Virus record (IMG/VR): IMGVR_UViG_3300025141_000031
DNA from: a virus
DNA length: 64,000 bases
Reading direction: 5' to 3' (one strand)
The notes beneath the pieces are model-generated. The model worked only from the letters and a program-made list of their open reading frames with translations. It made no database searches and was not told where the DNA came from. Within the stretch, counting starts at the first letter, position 1. Each line of letters starts with the position of its first letter. Positions 1 through 9,541 of this stretch are shown here, one piece after another. The position numbers and the translations under genes are program-made.

Positions 1-3000
1 CTAATGCTGAAATATCTTCTATAGATGTTGGCCAACCGTTTGTACAATAATCATACATACTTTGACAAGATGCATCCCATTCAGTTGTACAACAATAATC
101 ATCTACATCTATTACCCAAGCATAACAACCATCATTTAACCAATAAGGAACTCCTGGACCTCCATAACAACCTGCATCATATAAGCAAGCTGTAGTATCT
201 GATACATTTGCTGTTGGATTATAATTGTAAGCTGAAACATCAGTACAACCAACTATTGGAGTTATACATGAATTGTCATCATAACATGCATTAGGGTCAT
301 AATTAAGTGCTGTACTATCTGTACAACCAGCAATGTAACAACAACTATTATCTGATGTGTTTGCTAAAGGATTATAATTAAATGCTGTTGCATCATTACA
401 TCCATATATAAAAGATTCACAACTTCCATTGTCAACATTTGCTAAAGGATTATAGTTATACATTGTACTATCCATACAACCATAAATTGGTAACACACAA
501 CTATTATCATCTGTATTAGCTGTTGCATCATAATTTAACGCATTAGGATTAGTACATCCATAAATAAATGGAATACATGTTCCGTTATCAGTATTGGCTA
601 ATGGATTATAATTAAACATCGTAGAATCTGTACAGCCGTATATTGGTAGTATACAAGATAAATCATCTGTATTTGCTGAAGGATTATAATTTAATGCAAT
701 TGGATTAGTACAACCATATATTATTGAATCACAAGAGCCGTTATCAGTATTAGCTAATGGATCATAATTAAATGCTGTTGAGTCCGTACATCCGTATATG
801 AAAGGAATACAAGATCCATTATCTGTATTTGCTAATGAGTTGTAATTAAACATTGTTGGATCAGTACAACCATATACTACATCTATACAAGTACTATCAT
901 CTGTATTTGCATTAGGGTTATAGTTAAATGATGTTGGATCTGTACATCCAGATACTACTGGTATGCAAGAACCGTTATTTGTGTTAGCTAAACTATTATA
1001 ATTAAATGCTGTACTATCTGTACAACCAAATACTACTGGAATACATGAACCATCATCTGTATTTGCTGCCGCATTATAATTAAACATTGTGTCATCCATA
1101 CAACCTAATATTACTGGAATACAAGATGACTGGTCATTTGTATTTGCCGATGGATTATAATTAAATGCAGTTGAATCCATACATCCAATAATAATTGGTA
1201 CACAAGTTGAATCATCTACATTAGCTGATGGATTATAATTAAATGCTAAATTATTTGTACAACCTAAAACTATAGGAGTACATGCATCTGGCATGTTAGC
1301 TAATGGATTATAATTTAATGCGGTAGAATCCATACATCCAATTACTCCTGGTGTACAGTAATTACCACAATAAGGTACTCCATTATATCGATATGGAAAT
1401 TGTATCATTGGATCTGTCCAAGAATTTGTTCCTCCTGATAATGTAGTATCTCCTTCAGGACCTATTAAATAGAATCCACATTGATTTGCTGTTGTTGAAG
1501 CATTTCCAGGAGCAAAGAACATTGCCTCTACTGGACTCATAGAACTTAAACTAATTGTAAATGATACACTTGCTCCATCATTTGGTCCCATTGTATAAGG
1601 TCCTAATACTGTAGTATCTTGTAATAAACCTATCCAACTACCATACCAACCATCTTGAGCACCATCTGTTAATATTAATGTATAATTGCAATTTGGAATG
1701 ATTGACATTGTATTTGCTAATGAATTATAATCAGGTGAAGTTATATCTGTACAACCTAATACTACTAGAGTAGCACATGAACTATCATTTACATTTGCTT
1801 GAGGATTGTATTCTGTATATCCTGGGTCCATACAACCTGGAATTGAATTTGGTGTACAAGGTTGAACCGTATAGGTTGTGGTTGTGTCTGTTCCAAAATT
1901 AGCATTACCTGGTAATATAGCTAATATAGTATCACCGCATAAAGTTTGAACTAATACTGTTCCATCTACTCCTCCATAACATGTTCCACACATTCCATCA
2001 CCAAAGGCATCGTATAAATTAAAGTCTATAACTGTTCCATCTGTTACACATACTTCTGTTATAACTGGTACTCCTGTAATAGTATAATTAGAATCTCCTG
2101 CTAATACTGTTCCATTTGAATTAGTTATTGTCCAAGATGTTTCTCCTGGATATGTATCAGGAATTACTGTGACTACTATATTTGATTCTCCATTCGCACA
2201 ATTAGCTGGTGGCATTTGACATGAACCATCATCTATATTTGCCCATGGATTATAATTTAACGCTAATGGATCTGTACATCCAACATTACATTCTCCTGTG
2301 GTTACTATAACTGTATCTGTATAAGAAGAATCTGCTAACATTCCTAAGAAATAATAAGTTGTATTAGGTTGAGTGTTGCTCATTATAACACCTGTATTAG
2401 ACCAATTTGAAGGATATGAATACCAGGTTGAACCTAAATTATATGGATTAGTTGATTTTGAATATGATAACATTCTACAATTAGGATTGGCCATATTTGT
2501 CCAATGATAATGTAGTTTACTTACTGAACCTACACAATAGGTTTCTCCCCAAAGTGTGTCTAACCCACTGCAAGGTGGGTATATACATGAGCCATCATCA
2601 AATGAGGCTGTTGAGTCATAATTTATTGCTAGTGGATCTAGACAACCTCCCGATGGAGGTGCACATGGTAATATATTTACAGTAGTATCTCTTAAAAAGA
2701 AAGAACCTAATACTGGGTCCCAATCTATTATAAGACCTTGACAGCTATTTGACATTTTGAATGATGCTGGGCTTTGTGATATCCAACCATCTCCATAAGA
2801 ATCATTAAGCGTTATAGTATAGCTTCCTGAATTTATATTAATTGTAGTATCTAAATATTCATATGATACTGTTGGTTGGTAAAACATTACTGTGGTTCCT
2901 GTACCATTTTCTACCATAAAGAAATTAGATTCTTGTGGTGCATAGAAATCGAATTGAACCTTAAAATTTACCCAACTGTTCTGTGCAAACGATACACTTG

Positions 3001-3040
3001 AATAGAGTATCGCAATAAGTAATATAAACCTTTTGAGCAT
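1..3040 (-). CDS. Large secreted Cys-rich repeat protein (>1013 aa, 3' end outside window), probable T9SS type-A cargo
   Basis: Missing from the ORF track because it runs off the edge. Manual translation: ATG at 3040 with TAAGGAG upstream, signal peptide MLKRFILLIAILYSSVSFA|Q, ~19 GCTDxxAxNYNPxANxDDxSC repeats, last visible residues WPTSIEDISAL. Confidence 0.85.
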   Translation of the reverse strand, partial: MLKRFILLIAILYSSVSFAQNSWVNFKVQFDFYAPQESNFFMVENGTGTTVMFYQPTVSYEYLDTTININSGSYTITLNDSYGDGWISQSPASFKMSNSCQGLIIDWDPVLGSFFLRDTTVNILPCAPPSGGCLDPLAINYDSTASFDDGSCIYPPCSGLDTLWGETYCVGSVSKLHYHWTNMANPNCRMLSYSKSTNPYNLGSTWYSYPSNWSNTGVIMSNTQPNTTYYFLGMLADSSYTDTVIVTTGECNVGCTDPLALNYNPWANIDDGSCQMPPANCANGESNIVVTVIPDTYPGETSWTITNSNGTVLAGDSNYTITGVPVITEVCVTDGTVIDFNLYDAFGDGMCGTCYGGVDGTVLVQTLCGDTILAILPGNANFGTDTTTTYTVQPCTPNSIPGCMDPGYTEYNPQANVNDSSCATLVVLGCTDITSPDYNSLANTMSIIPNCNYTLILTDGAQDGWYGSWIGLLQDTTVLGPYTMGPNDGASVSFTISLSSMSPVEAMFFAPGNASTTANQCGFYLIGPEGDTTLSGGTNSWTDPMIQFPYRYNGVPYCGNYCTPGVIGCMDSTALNYNPLANMPDACTPIVLGCTNNLAFNYNPSANVDDSTCVPIIIGCMDSTAFNYNPSANTNDQSSCIPVILGCMDDTMFNYNAAANTDDGSCIPVVFGCTDSTAFNYNSLANTNNGSCIPVVSGCTDPTSFNYNPNANTDDSTCIDVVYGCTDPTMFNYNSLANTDNGSCIPFIYGCTDSTAFNYDPLANTDNGSCDSIIYGCTNPIALNYNPSANTDDLSCILPIYGCTDSTMFNYNPLANTDNGTCIPFIYGCTNPNALNYDATANTDDNSCVLPIYGCMDSTMYNYNPLANVDNGSCESFIYGCNDATAFNYNPLANTSDNSCCYIAGCTDSTALNYDPNACYDDNSCITPIVGCTDVSAYNYNPTANVSDTTACLYDAGCYGGPGVPYWLNDGCYAWVIDVDDYCCTTEWDASCQSMYDYCTNGWPTSIEDISAL
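180..1345 (-). repeat. ~15 tandem coding repeats, mostly 78 bp (26 aa GCTD-type repeat)
   Basis: acaacc/acatcc (Gly-Cys) recurs at about 245, 323, 398, 476, 554, 632, 710, 788, 866, 944, 1022, 1100, 1181, 1259 and 1334. Confidence 0.9.
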
Positions 3041-3054
3041 ATTAATTCTCCTTA

Positions 3055-3360
3055 TTATTTACAACAAGTACTTTGACCGCCCTTGCATAGTCTACAATTA
3101 CATGTTGTCCAGTAAGCCCAACCTGCGGCTGCTACTAATAGTCCTGTACCCCACATTAAACTTACACCAAATGTACATCCAGCACCAACTGCTAAAACAT
3201 ATCCGCCATAACATTTAATATAACATAATACTTTACCGATAACATCTTTGTTCTCGTTATATTCTGCTATTAATTTTTCATCTAGTTCTGTACTATCAAG
3301 TACTTTCTGTACTGCTTGTTTTACAACTTTCTTAGCTGTTTTCTTTGCTTTTTTAGCCAT
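3055..3360 (-). CDS. Small membrane protein with Lys-rich N-terminus and Cys-rich tail
   Basis: Two hydrophobic segments, C-terminal CNCRLCKGGQSTCCK, GGAG upstream. Confidence 0.7.
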   Translation of the reverse strand: MAKKAKKTAKKVVKQAVQKVLDSTELDEKLIAEYNENKDVIGKVLCYIKCYGGYVLAVGAGCTFGVSLMWGTGLLVAAAGWAYWTTCNCRLCKGGQSTCCK

Positions 3361-3380
3361 TTTGATTTCTCCGTTTTTAT

Positions 3381-3716
3381 TTAATCTTTATCTGGAGTAT
3401 GTCCCAGAGTAACTTTTTTTATTGATTTACCTTTTGATGTACCATCTGCAGTCAAATCTACCGGTACTATATTATCTGGTGTCGTGTACCAATACTGTAC
3501 CTGACATCCTTTCTTTGTATGTTTGATAATTAATCCTCTATCAGCTTCACCTTCTCCAACTTTTGCTTTAAGTACAATTTCTTCATCACCGTATTCCATA
3601 TCAATAGATCTCTTACCTGCTCTTTTTGGTGAATCGCTATCATGCCAATCTTTAGGTATTTCTATAAATCCTGATCCTTTAACTAGGTCTGCTAATTTAA
3701 TTTTCTTTTCGGCCAT
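3381..3716 (-). CDS. Hypothetical protein (IKLADLVK leader-like N-terminus)
   Basis: ORF coupled to the upstream gene. Confidence 0.65.
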   Translation of the reverse strand: MAEKKIKLADLVKGSGFIEIPKDWHDSDSPKRAGKRSIDMEYGDEEIVLKAKVGEGEADRGLIIKHTKKGCQVQYWYTTPDNIVPVDLTADGTSKGKSIKKVTLGHTPDKD

Positions 3717-4564
3717 TATATTTTCTCCAATTGATTATCTTGTTTTGTTAACATATCACCTGGCCTATATGCTTTACTTTGGTCTCCATTAGTTACTGAA
3801 TATCTAACTTCTCCTTTAGATGGCAATTCAATTACAATTCCTTTAGAGCCAAAATGTGGACAACTAGGATCTTTATCATTTACAATATCTCCTGTTCCAA
3901 ATGTATACCCACCTTCATGATCAACTCCTTCTTCAGCAACTTTCATAGATGCTTTGGCTGCTTTAATTTTATCTTTAGCAGATTTGATTGTATCTTTAAC
4001 AGCTGCTTTAGCCGCCTTCTCTTTTGATTTAGCAGCATCTATCTCTGATTTTGCTGCTTCCATTTCTGCATCTACTTCTTCAGCACTAACTTCTGATAAA
4101 GGATTATGTTTCATTTTTATCATGTTTCTTTCTGATGGTAATGTACCTAGAAAGCTTTCTTTAATTAAATCTTTTAGTTTCATATTTTTTCCTCTTGGGT
4201 TATAATGATCGGATATACTTGGTCCTTCCTCTGATTTTTCATCTTCTTCCTCTTCTACTTCTTCTTCTTCATCTTCTGGTTCTTTATCTGCTGGAGCTTC
4301 ATCTCCACTATGTAATGTTTCCATTCCTTTGTTATAAGTTGCTAAATCCACTTTATTACCTTGTATATTTAAGAATTCTACTTCTGGATATGAAAATTGA
4401 ATCATTTCTCCGTTTTCATCCATTCCGAATCCTACTGTTGGATCTTCTATATCATCTGCATCCGTAAGCGTTAAAAATCTACCAGATACATATACTTTAA
4501 CTGGGACTCCTGTTAATACAAATTGTCCTAGTATTATATTATTAAATATTTTTATTCCTGCCAT
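3716..4564 (-). CDS. Hypothetical protein with acidic linker, coiled coil and possible internal start (MKLKDLIKE at 4183)
   Basis: AAGGAG before 4564, AGAGG before in-frame ATG at 4183. Confidence 0.7.
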   Translation of the reverse strand: MAGIKIFNNIILGQFVLTGVPVKVYVSGRFLTLTDADDIEDPTVGFGMDENGEMIQFSYPEVEFLNIQGNKVDLATYNKGMETLHSGDEAPADKEPEDEEEEVEEEEDEKSEEGPSISDHYNPRGKNMKLKDLIKESFLGTLPSERNMIKMKHNPLSEVSAEEVDAEMEAAKSEIDAAKSKEKAAKAAVKDTIKSAKDKIKAAKASMKVAEEGVDHEGGYTFGTGDIVNDKDPSCPHFGSKGIVIELPSKGEVRYSVTNGDQSKAYRPGDMLTKQDNQLEKI

Positions 4565-4575
4565 ATTTATCTCCT

Positions 4576-5433
4576 TTAAAATGGATCATTCCAATTAACA
4601 ACACCTTTCTTTAATAATTGAGCTAATTTAGGCATACCTCCTGATGGTTCATCTGTTTGTGGCATAAATCCTCTTTTTGGAGCTCCTGCAGCAGGTTTTG
4701 CTGAATTTTGCATTATTTCTATTTGTTGCCAAATATAATTTGCTGCTTCTGTTGCATCTAAGTTTTTTATTTTTCTAAATTGTTTTAAGGTTCTTAAAGC
4801 TTTGACTCCTGTTGCACCTGAATTAATCATTCCTATAATATCTGATTTAACTGTGCCTTCAGAAGCTTTTAATAAATTTGTTCCACTTACATGTTTTTGT
4901 GGTATTTCGCCCATAATAGCGGCTATAGCTGTTTGAACTGCTTTAAGTCCGTGAATTGGGTCCATACCTGGAAATTGTAGATCGGCACATTTCATAGTTG
5001 CTTGAGCATTGAATGCATATACTTGGCTCCATCTATGATGTCCATCAATTACCCATTTTCCATTTAATGTAATAATTGGCGCCATAATAACAACATTTTG
5101 TCCTTTAAGATAATCTTTCAAAAGAGCTGAATCTTTTACTAGTGGCCAATTCAATGATTTACCTACATCAATTTCATTTTGAGTTGGACGTAAATCTTTA
5201 ACTGCAACTGTTACTTCTTTAATATTAATCTTATCATCATCTATATCACCATCTTGTAATCCTGCCTTTAATGCTGCTCGTACCTTTTCATCTCCTGCAT
5301 CATCACTCATAGTTGTTACAAATGCTTCATATTTTTTTCCAAGATTTTGCATAACGATTTCTTGACCAGGCGTTAATTCCGCTTCGGTCAATATTTCTTT
5401 AACTATTTTTGATAGTAATGTATGTGATTGCAT
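4576..5433 (-). CDS. ParB/Srx-like domain protein
   Basis: DLRPTQ...APIIT...VIDGHHRW motif. Confidence 0.7.
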   Translation of the reverse strand: MQSHTLLSKIVKEILTEAELTPGQEIVMQNLGKKYEAFVTTMSDDAGDEKVRAALKAGLQDGDIDDDKINIKEVTVAVKDLRPTQNEIDVGKSLNWPLVKDSALLKDYLKGQNVVIMAPIITLNGKWVIDGHHRWSQVYAFNAQATMKCADLQFPGMDPIHGLKAVQTAIAAIMGEIPQKHVSGTNLLKASEGTVKSDIIGMINSGATGVKALRTLKQFRKIKNLDATEAANYIWQQIEIMQNSAKPAAGAPKRGFMPQTDEPSGGMPKLAQLLKKGVVNWNDPF

Positions 5434-5461
5434 GTTTTATATCCTGGTTTGTTTATTTTAA

Positions 5462-5469
5462 TATAAATA
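5462..5469 (-). promoter_or_regulatory. TATTTATA motif (putative late promoter); also at 11937, 13625, 36980, 51842, 55604, 60214, 62344, 63958, with a variant at 61914
   Basis: Recurs in short intergenic gaps ahead of operon starts. Confidence 0.55.
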
Positions 5470-5481
5470 TGCAAGTTGCTA

Positions 5482-5826
5482 CTATTTCCAGAGAATTTGT
5501 ATAAGAACTAATGAACAAGCAAGTACTAATGATATTGCAGTCTTAGCATTAATACCTTCTCCCATATAATAATTAGTTAGAATAGTAAATGTTAACATTC
5601 CACAAGTAAATCCTACAAATCTTCCTGGCCATAATAGGCCATCAAAATGTTCTACTACAAACTTAGTTCCCCATATAAACCCATATGATATTGGAATTGA
5701 AAATATGATGGCCATCCAACCTGGATTATTTTTTGCCCATGGCCAAACGAATTGTCCATTAGTCTGAAACCATATTAATGCTTGACCTACTGTATATAAT
5801 AATATACCTATTAGTAATTTACTCAT
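5482..5826 (-). CDS. Small four-TM membrane protein (DMT/SMR-like size)
   Basis: Four hydrophobic helices in 114 aa. Confidence 0.6.
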   Translation of the reverse strand: MSKLLIGILLYTVGQALIWFQTNGQFVWPWAKNNPGWMAIIFSIPISYGFIWGTKFVVEHFDGLLWPGRFVGFTCGMLTFTILTNYYMGEGINAKTAISLVLACSLVLIQILWK

Positions 5827-5842
5827 AACTTTTTATTTTTCA

Positions 5843-7141
5843 TTACACATTTCTACCATTTTCAAATACATGTTTTACCGTTGGAAATCTTAAACTAATT
5901 CCACCTTCTTGGTTTTTAGTTTCTTCAAAATACTGAACGGTAATTGTTTTACCTATTAATAACTCTGGATTGGCTTCGTATTTAATTCTTTGTTCTTGGT
6001 TCCAACCTGAACCAACTGCAACCTCATGTCCTTTATGAGTAATATAAGCTTGAGCTAACATTGGTATTACAACTTCTTTTCCATCTCTGATAATTCTATG
6101 ATCATCAAAGTCAACACTATTAACTACATATTCAGCATCATGGAATTTTTTACATTTTAATAAGTTTTTAGTTCTCTTACCCTCATACCCAACATCTTTT
6201 CTTAACATAATTCCTTCATAACCTTTACGTTGAGCTTCTTCAATTTGATAACCAAGGTTGGTTTCATCTTGAACAATGTTTTGTTCTAATACACTTAATG
6301 TATTATCAACTCCCCAACAATTTGTAATTGCCTTTTTAATTCTATCTGATAATTTTGTATCACTTACTTTGTTATCAAACTCTTCCAATGTTAAATAATC
6401 AAATACAATATAGTTTGGATTGGCAATAGTATGATCTTTTCTTTTGATTTGTTTCATTATACCTTGGAAATCTTCATTACCATCTTTATCCATTAAACAA
6501 ATTTCACCATCTAGAACAAAATTACCTGGCATCTTTGCTACATCATCTAATACCTTTTGTAAGGTTGTAAATTCATTTCCTTGTCTTGAATAAGCAATTA
6601 CTGAATCTTCTTCTTTTCTAATGATACATCTTACACCGTCTAATTTTCTAGATGATAACCATGTTTCATTTTTAAAGTCACAAAATTTAGGTTCATATTT
6701 AGTTGCTAAAGCTACATCAAATGTTGGAATTAAATTTGGAATAACTTTATTAATAACTGATTCAGAAGCTCTAATTTCTAGATTTCTATCTATAATAGAA
6801 AGAATTAAATTTTTGAATTGCATATGATTTGTAATAAAACCATTTACTAATGCAATTGCATCATGACCTGTATAATCTCTATTTACTAATGCATCTAATA
6901 AATCCCATAAATTAGTATAAGGTTGATCTAGATCACAAATTTGTATATTCTTTTCAATTGATTTAGAAGTAACATAATATTTTAGATATGGATTATATGT
7001 ATAATATAATGCATTTTCTATATAATCATTACCTTTATATGATTTAATTATTTCTTTCTTTGCGATTAGAGAACTTGTATTCTTCATTTCTTGAACAAAT
7101 AATTGAAGTTCTTCTAGGTGTAATTTCTGGTTCTTTTTCAT
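5843..7141 (-). CDS. lig: ATP-dependent DNA ligase
   Basis: Motif I KLDGVRC, LDGEI, VFD, EGIMLR, LKCK, and OB-fold end SLRFP. Confidence 0.95.
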   Translation of the reverse strand: MKKNQKLHLEELQLFVQEMKNTSSLIAKKEIIKSYKGNDYIENALYYTYNPYLKYYVTSKSIEKNIQICDLDQPYTNLWDLLDALVNRDYTGHDAIALVNGFITNHMQFKNLILSIIDRNLEIRASESVINKVIPNLIPTFDVALATKYEPKFCDFKNETWLSSRKLDGVRCIIRKEEDSVIAYSRQGNEFTTLQKVLDDVAKMPGNFVLDGEICLMDKDGNEDFQGIMKQIKRKDHTIANPNYIVFDYLTLEEFDNKVSDTKLSDRIKKAITNCWGVDNTLSVLEQNIVQDETNLGYQIEEAQRKGYEGIMLRKDVGYEGKRTKNLLKCKKFHDAEYVVNSVDFDDHRIIRDGKEVVIPMLAQAYITHKGHEVAVGSGWNQEQRIKYEANPELLIGKTITVQYFEETKNQEGGISLRFPTVKHVFENGRNV

Positions 7142-7168
7142 CTTTTATATCTAATTTTTAATTATATA

Positions 7169-7200
7169 TAAAGATAAGAAAAAAATCTCATATATCCTAA
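7169..7200 (-). promoter_or_regulatory. Bacteroidota-type -33/-7 promoter (TTAG-N20-TATCTTTA)
   Basis: Spacing matches TTTG-N19-21-TAnnTTTG; near-identical copies at 53134-53165 and 53230-53261. Confidence 0.75.
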
Positions 7201-7228
7201 TTTTTTGGCAGCTTTTTTTCAGAAAAGT

Positions 7229-8443
7229 TTATCTTGTTCCCCAAGTTGGAAGTGCTGTACCTTCTGTTCCAAATGTTCCATGATTCCCATTTCCTGATAA
7301 ATCTTCAGCAGTAGTTCCACTACCCTCATCTAATTTCCAATATCCTACAAGATTACTATTACCTGTATGGTCATAACTAGTTCCGCCATTATATACTTCA
7401 TTTGCAAAAGTACCATCTTCATCTTTTTCTTCCTTATAAATAGCTACTTCGCTAAGACTACAAGCCCAACCTTGAGAGTATGGACTATCAGGGAGTCCAT
7501 TAAAATCAGTACGAGATCCGAAGTAAACATTACTTGTATCATTAACAGTATCAGTCCAACTTGGTTGCCAATTTGCAGTTCCCATACCATTCTCATTTCC
7601 AGTACCACTATCGGCTCCATCTTTATAGATTTCTTTTCCATTTATCCATATCCGAACATGCCTATCACCACCAATGGATGAATGGTCATCACCACCATAT
7701 GTATATAACATATGATACCAATTACCTGCTTCCATTCCGTGACCAGTTTCAACACCATCATTATGTGTGTTACCATCCTTTCCTGCTGCTCCTACACCCA
7801 CATGTACTTTAGTAGCAGATTTAATACCAAAATGAAATCTACCATTAGTTTCCGACCTTCTACCTAAAGCTTGTTGAAATCCACCAATTTCATTTGGTTT
7901 AATCCAATAAGAAACAGTAAATCCGTGATTAAGTCCAGTTCCTGTACCATCATAATTATCAGGATTAAATGTAGTTGCTACATAATCGTCTGGACCGCCA
8001 TCACCAGCAAATGTTAATACATACTTAACTGCTGCAGCTGTGCCAACACCTCCTCCTTGTTGATTTATTCTATCAACTTGTCTTGATTGTGCTAATTTGT
8101 ATAATCGCACTTTTTCTGACATTGGTAAATTAATAATCTTCTCATGGTTAGAAAATGCTTGCCATGTAAATGATTGTTTATAAATAATTCTTGTATCAAT
8201 TGGTTTAGATGGTATTTGTGCTTCTTGTTCTCTTAAAAGTTGTTGTTGTAACCGTAGTTCATATTCTTGCGCTTCACGTTGAGCTATTTCATCTTGTTGT
8301 TCTTGTAATCGCTGCTGTTCTAATTCTCGCTCATGATGCCAGTCTTCCCATTTACGAGCTTCAAGAGCTTTTTCTTCGGCAAGTAATCTTTCAGCTTCTA
8401 GTCGATCGGCCTTTTCTTTAGCTTTTTGTTTAAATGATTTCAT
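7229..8443 (-). CDS. Coiled-coil + LamG/ConA-like jelly-roll protein
   Basis: FTVSYWIKP, WYHMLYTY, IWING, LSEVAIY, LVGYWKLDEGSGTTAEDLSGNGNHG. Confidence 0.85.
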   Translation of the reverse strand: MKSFKQKAKEKADRLEAERLLAEEKALEARKWEDWHHERELEQQRLQEQQDEIAQREAQEYELRLQQQLLREQEAQIPSKPIDTRIIYKQSFTWQAFSNHEKIINLPMSEKVRLYKLAQSRQVDRINQQGGGVGTAAAVKYVLTFAGDGGPDDYVATTFNPDNYDGTGTGLNHGFTVSYWIKPNEIGGFQQALGRRSETNGRFHFGIKSATKVHVGVGAAGKDGNTHNDGVETGHGMEAGNWYHMLYTYGGDDHSSIGGDRHVRIWINGKEIYKDGADSGTGNENGMGTANWQPSWTDTVNDTSNVYFGSRTDFNGLPDSPYSQGWACSLSEVAIYKEEKDEDGTFANEVYNGGTSYDHTGNSNLVGYWKLDEGSGTTAEDLSGNGNHGTFGTEGTALPTWGTR

Positions 8444-8446
8444 AAC

Positions 8447-8953
8447 TTATAGAAATGTTTGTATTTTATTGATGATTGGAGGTGGTATTTTTTGATCATG
8501 TTTACCTATTTCCATTCTCTGATCTGGTAATACGTCTTCTGTGGGAGCTTCTCCAAGTACAAGTTCTTTATATTCTTCTGGTCCTAAATCACCATAAGTA
8601 TCTTTAACAGTTAGTCCTGACATATCCCAAGGTCCCCAATGTCCTATATCAGTCATCTTTTTTGCAGCTTCTTCTGGAGTATAATAATGACATTCGTTAG
8701 GATCTATTCTACCTAATAAATAATAAATATCTTTTGGTAATTCTTGTTTCCTATCATTTGAGTGATCTAAAACTTTATCTTTATGTTCTACCCAACAATG
8801 CCCAAATCTATTTCCTTCTAATGCACCTTGTCCTGAAACCATACCATGTACTAATTTAACATTCTTTTCACCAAAGAAATTAAAAATAAGCCTGCCGCCT
8901 GCTTGATAGCAATCACCTTTTCCTTCTGTTAATAATTGTTTTAGTTTTATCAT
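8447..8953 (-). CDS. MIKLKQLLTE-leader protein with papain/transglutaminase-like Cys-His-Asp domain
   Basis: GDCYQ...GHCWVE...VLD. Confidence 0.6.
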   Translation of the reverse strand: MIKLKQLLTEGKGDCYQAGGRLIFNFFGEKNVKLVHGMVSGQGALEGNRFGHCWVEHKDKVLDHSNDRKQELPKDIYYLLGRIDPNECHYYTPEEAAKKMTDIGHWGPWDMSGLTVKDTYGDLGPEEYKELVLGEAPTEDVLPDQRMEIGKHDQKIPPPIINKIQTFL

Positions 8954-9309
8954 ACCTTATCAATTACCTTTAATTTATTAGCTGGTATTGGTTTATTAGT
9001 ATAAAAAGCTGAATCTTCTACTTCTAAATCTGATCCTGGATGTAATCCCATATCCTTTTTAAGATCAATACCTTTCAAATCAACTTGTAAAATATAAAAT
9101 GGTTCATACTTATCATAATGTGCCACATGTACTGCATATGAATGTGCTTCTGTTTTATCTCTAAAGAAATATATTTCATCACTAGAATAGTATTTAGATA
9201 ATTTAGGATTCAATCCGTGTTTATTAATAGAACCCATTATCCTACCTGGTGCTGCATGATATCCTATATCAAATCTTGCTTCTGTTAATAATTGTTTTAG
9301 TTTAATCAT
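8950..9309 (-). CDS. MIKLKQLLTE-leader protein with ADP-ribosyltransferase-fold (Tpt1/KptA-like) domain
   Basis: GYHA...I.KHGL.P...IYFF...A..YA...ILQVDL...KPIP pattern. Confidence 0.55.
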   Translation of the reverse strand: MIKLKQLLTEARFDIGYHAAPGRIMGSINKHGLNPKLSKYYSSDEIYFFRDKTEAHSYAVHVAHYDKYEPFYILQVDLKGIDLKKDMGLHPGSDLEVEDSAFYTNKPIPANKLKVIDKV

Positions 9310-9313
9310 GATC

Positions 9314-9541
9314 TTAATATCCAGTCCAATTATTCTTTTTCATCATATCATTAAACTTTTTATGATACTTTTTGTCTATCCTATCTTCTACATAAGATAT
9401 TAGTTTATTGTAGTTAGGCCATTTGAATATAGTCACTTCGGTTTTATTATTTGGTACAATTTTTTTAATTTCTGCATCGATCTGATCTAACTCTAATGCT
9501 GGTACAATACCCTCGTTTAATATTTGTTTTAATTTAATCAT
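9314..9541 (-). CDS. MIKLKQILNE-leader small protein
   Basis: Shared leader, ATGA coupling. Confidence 0.7.
   Translation of the reverse strand: MIKLKQILNEGIVPALELDQIDAEIKKIVPNNKTEVTIFKWPNYNKLISYVEDRIDKKYHKKFNDMMKKNNWTGY

Noticed and set aside
180-1345. 78-bp periodic repeats as a CRISPR array
   Set aside because: The repeats are in frame, degenerate at third codon positions, lack a repeat-spacer structure and have no cas operon; the Cas4-like gene is a standalone phage nuclease
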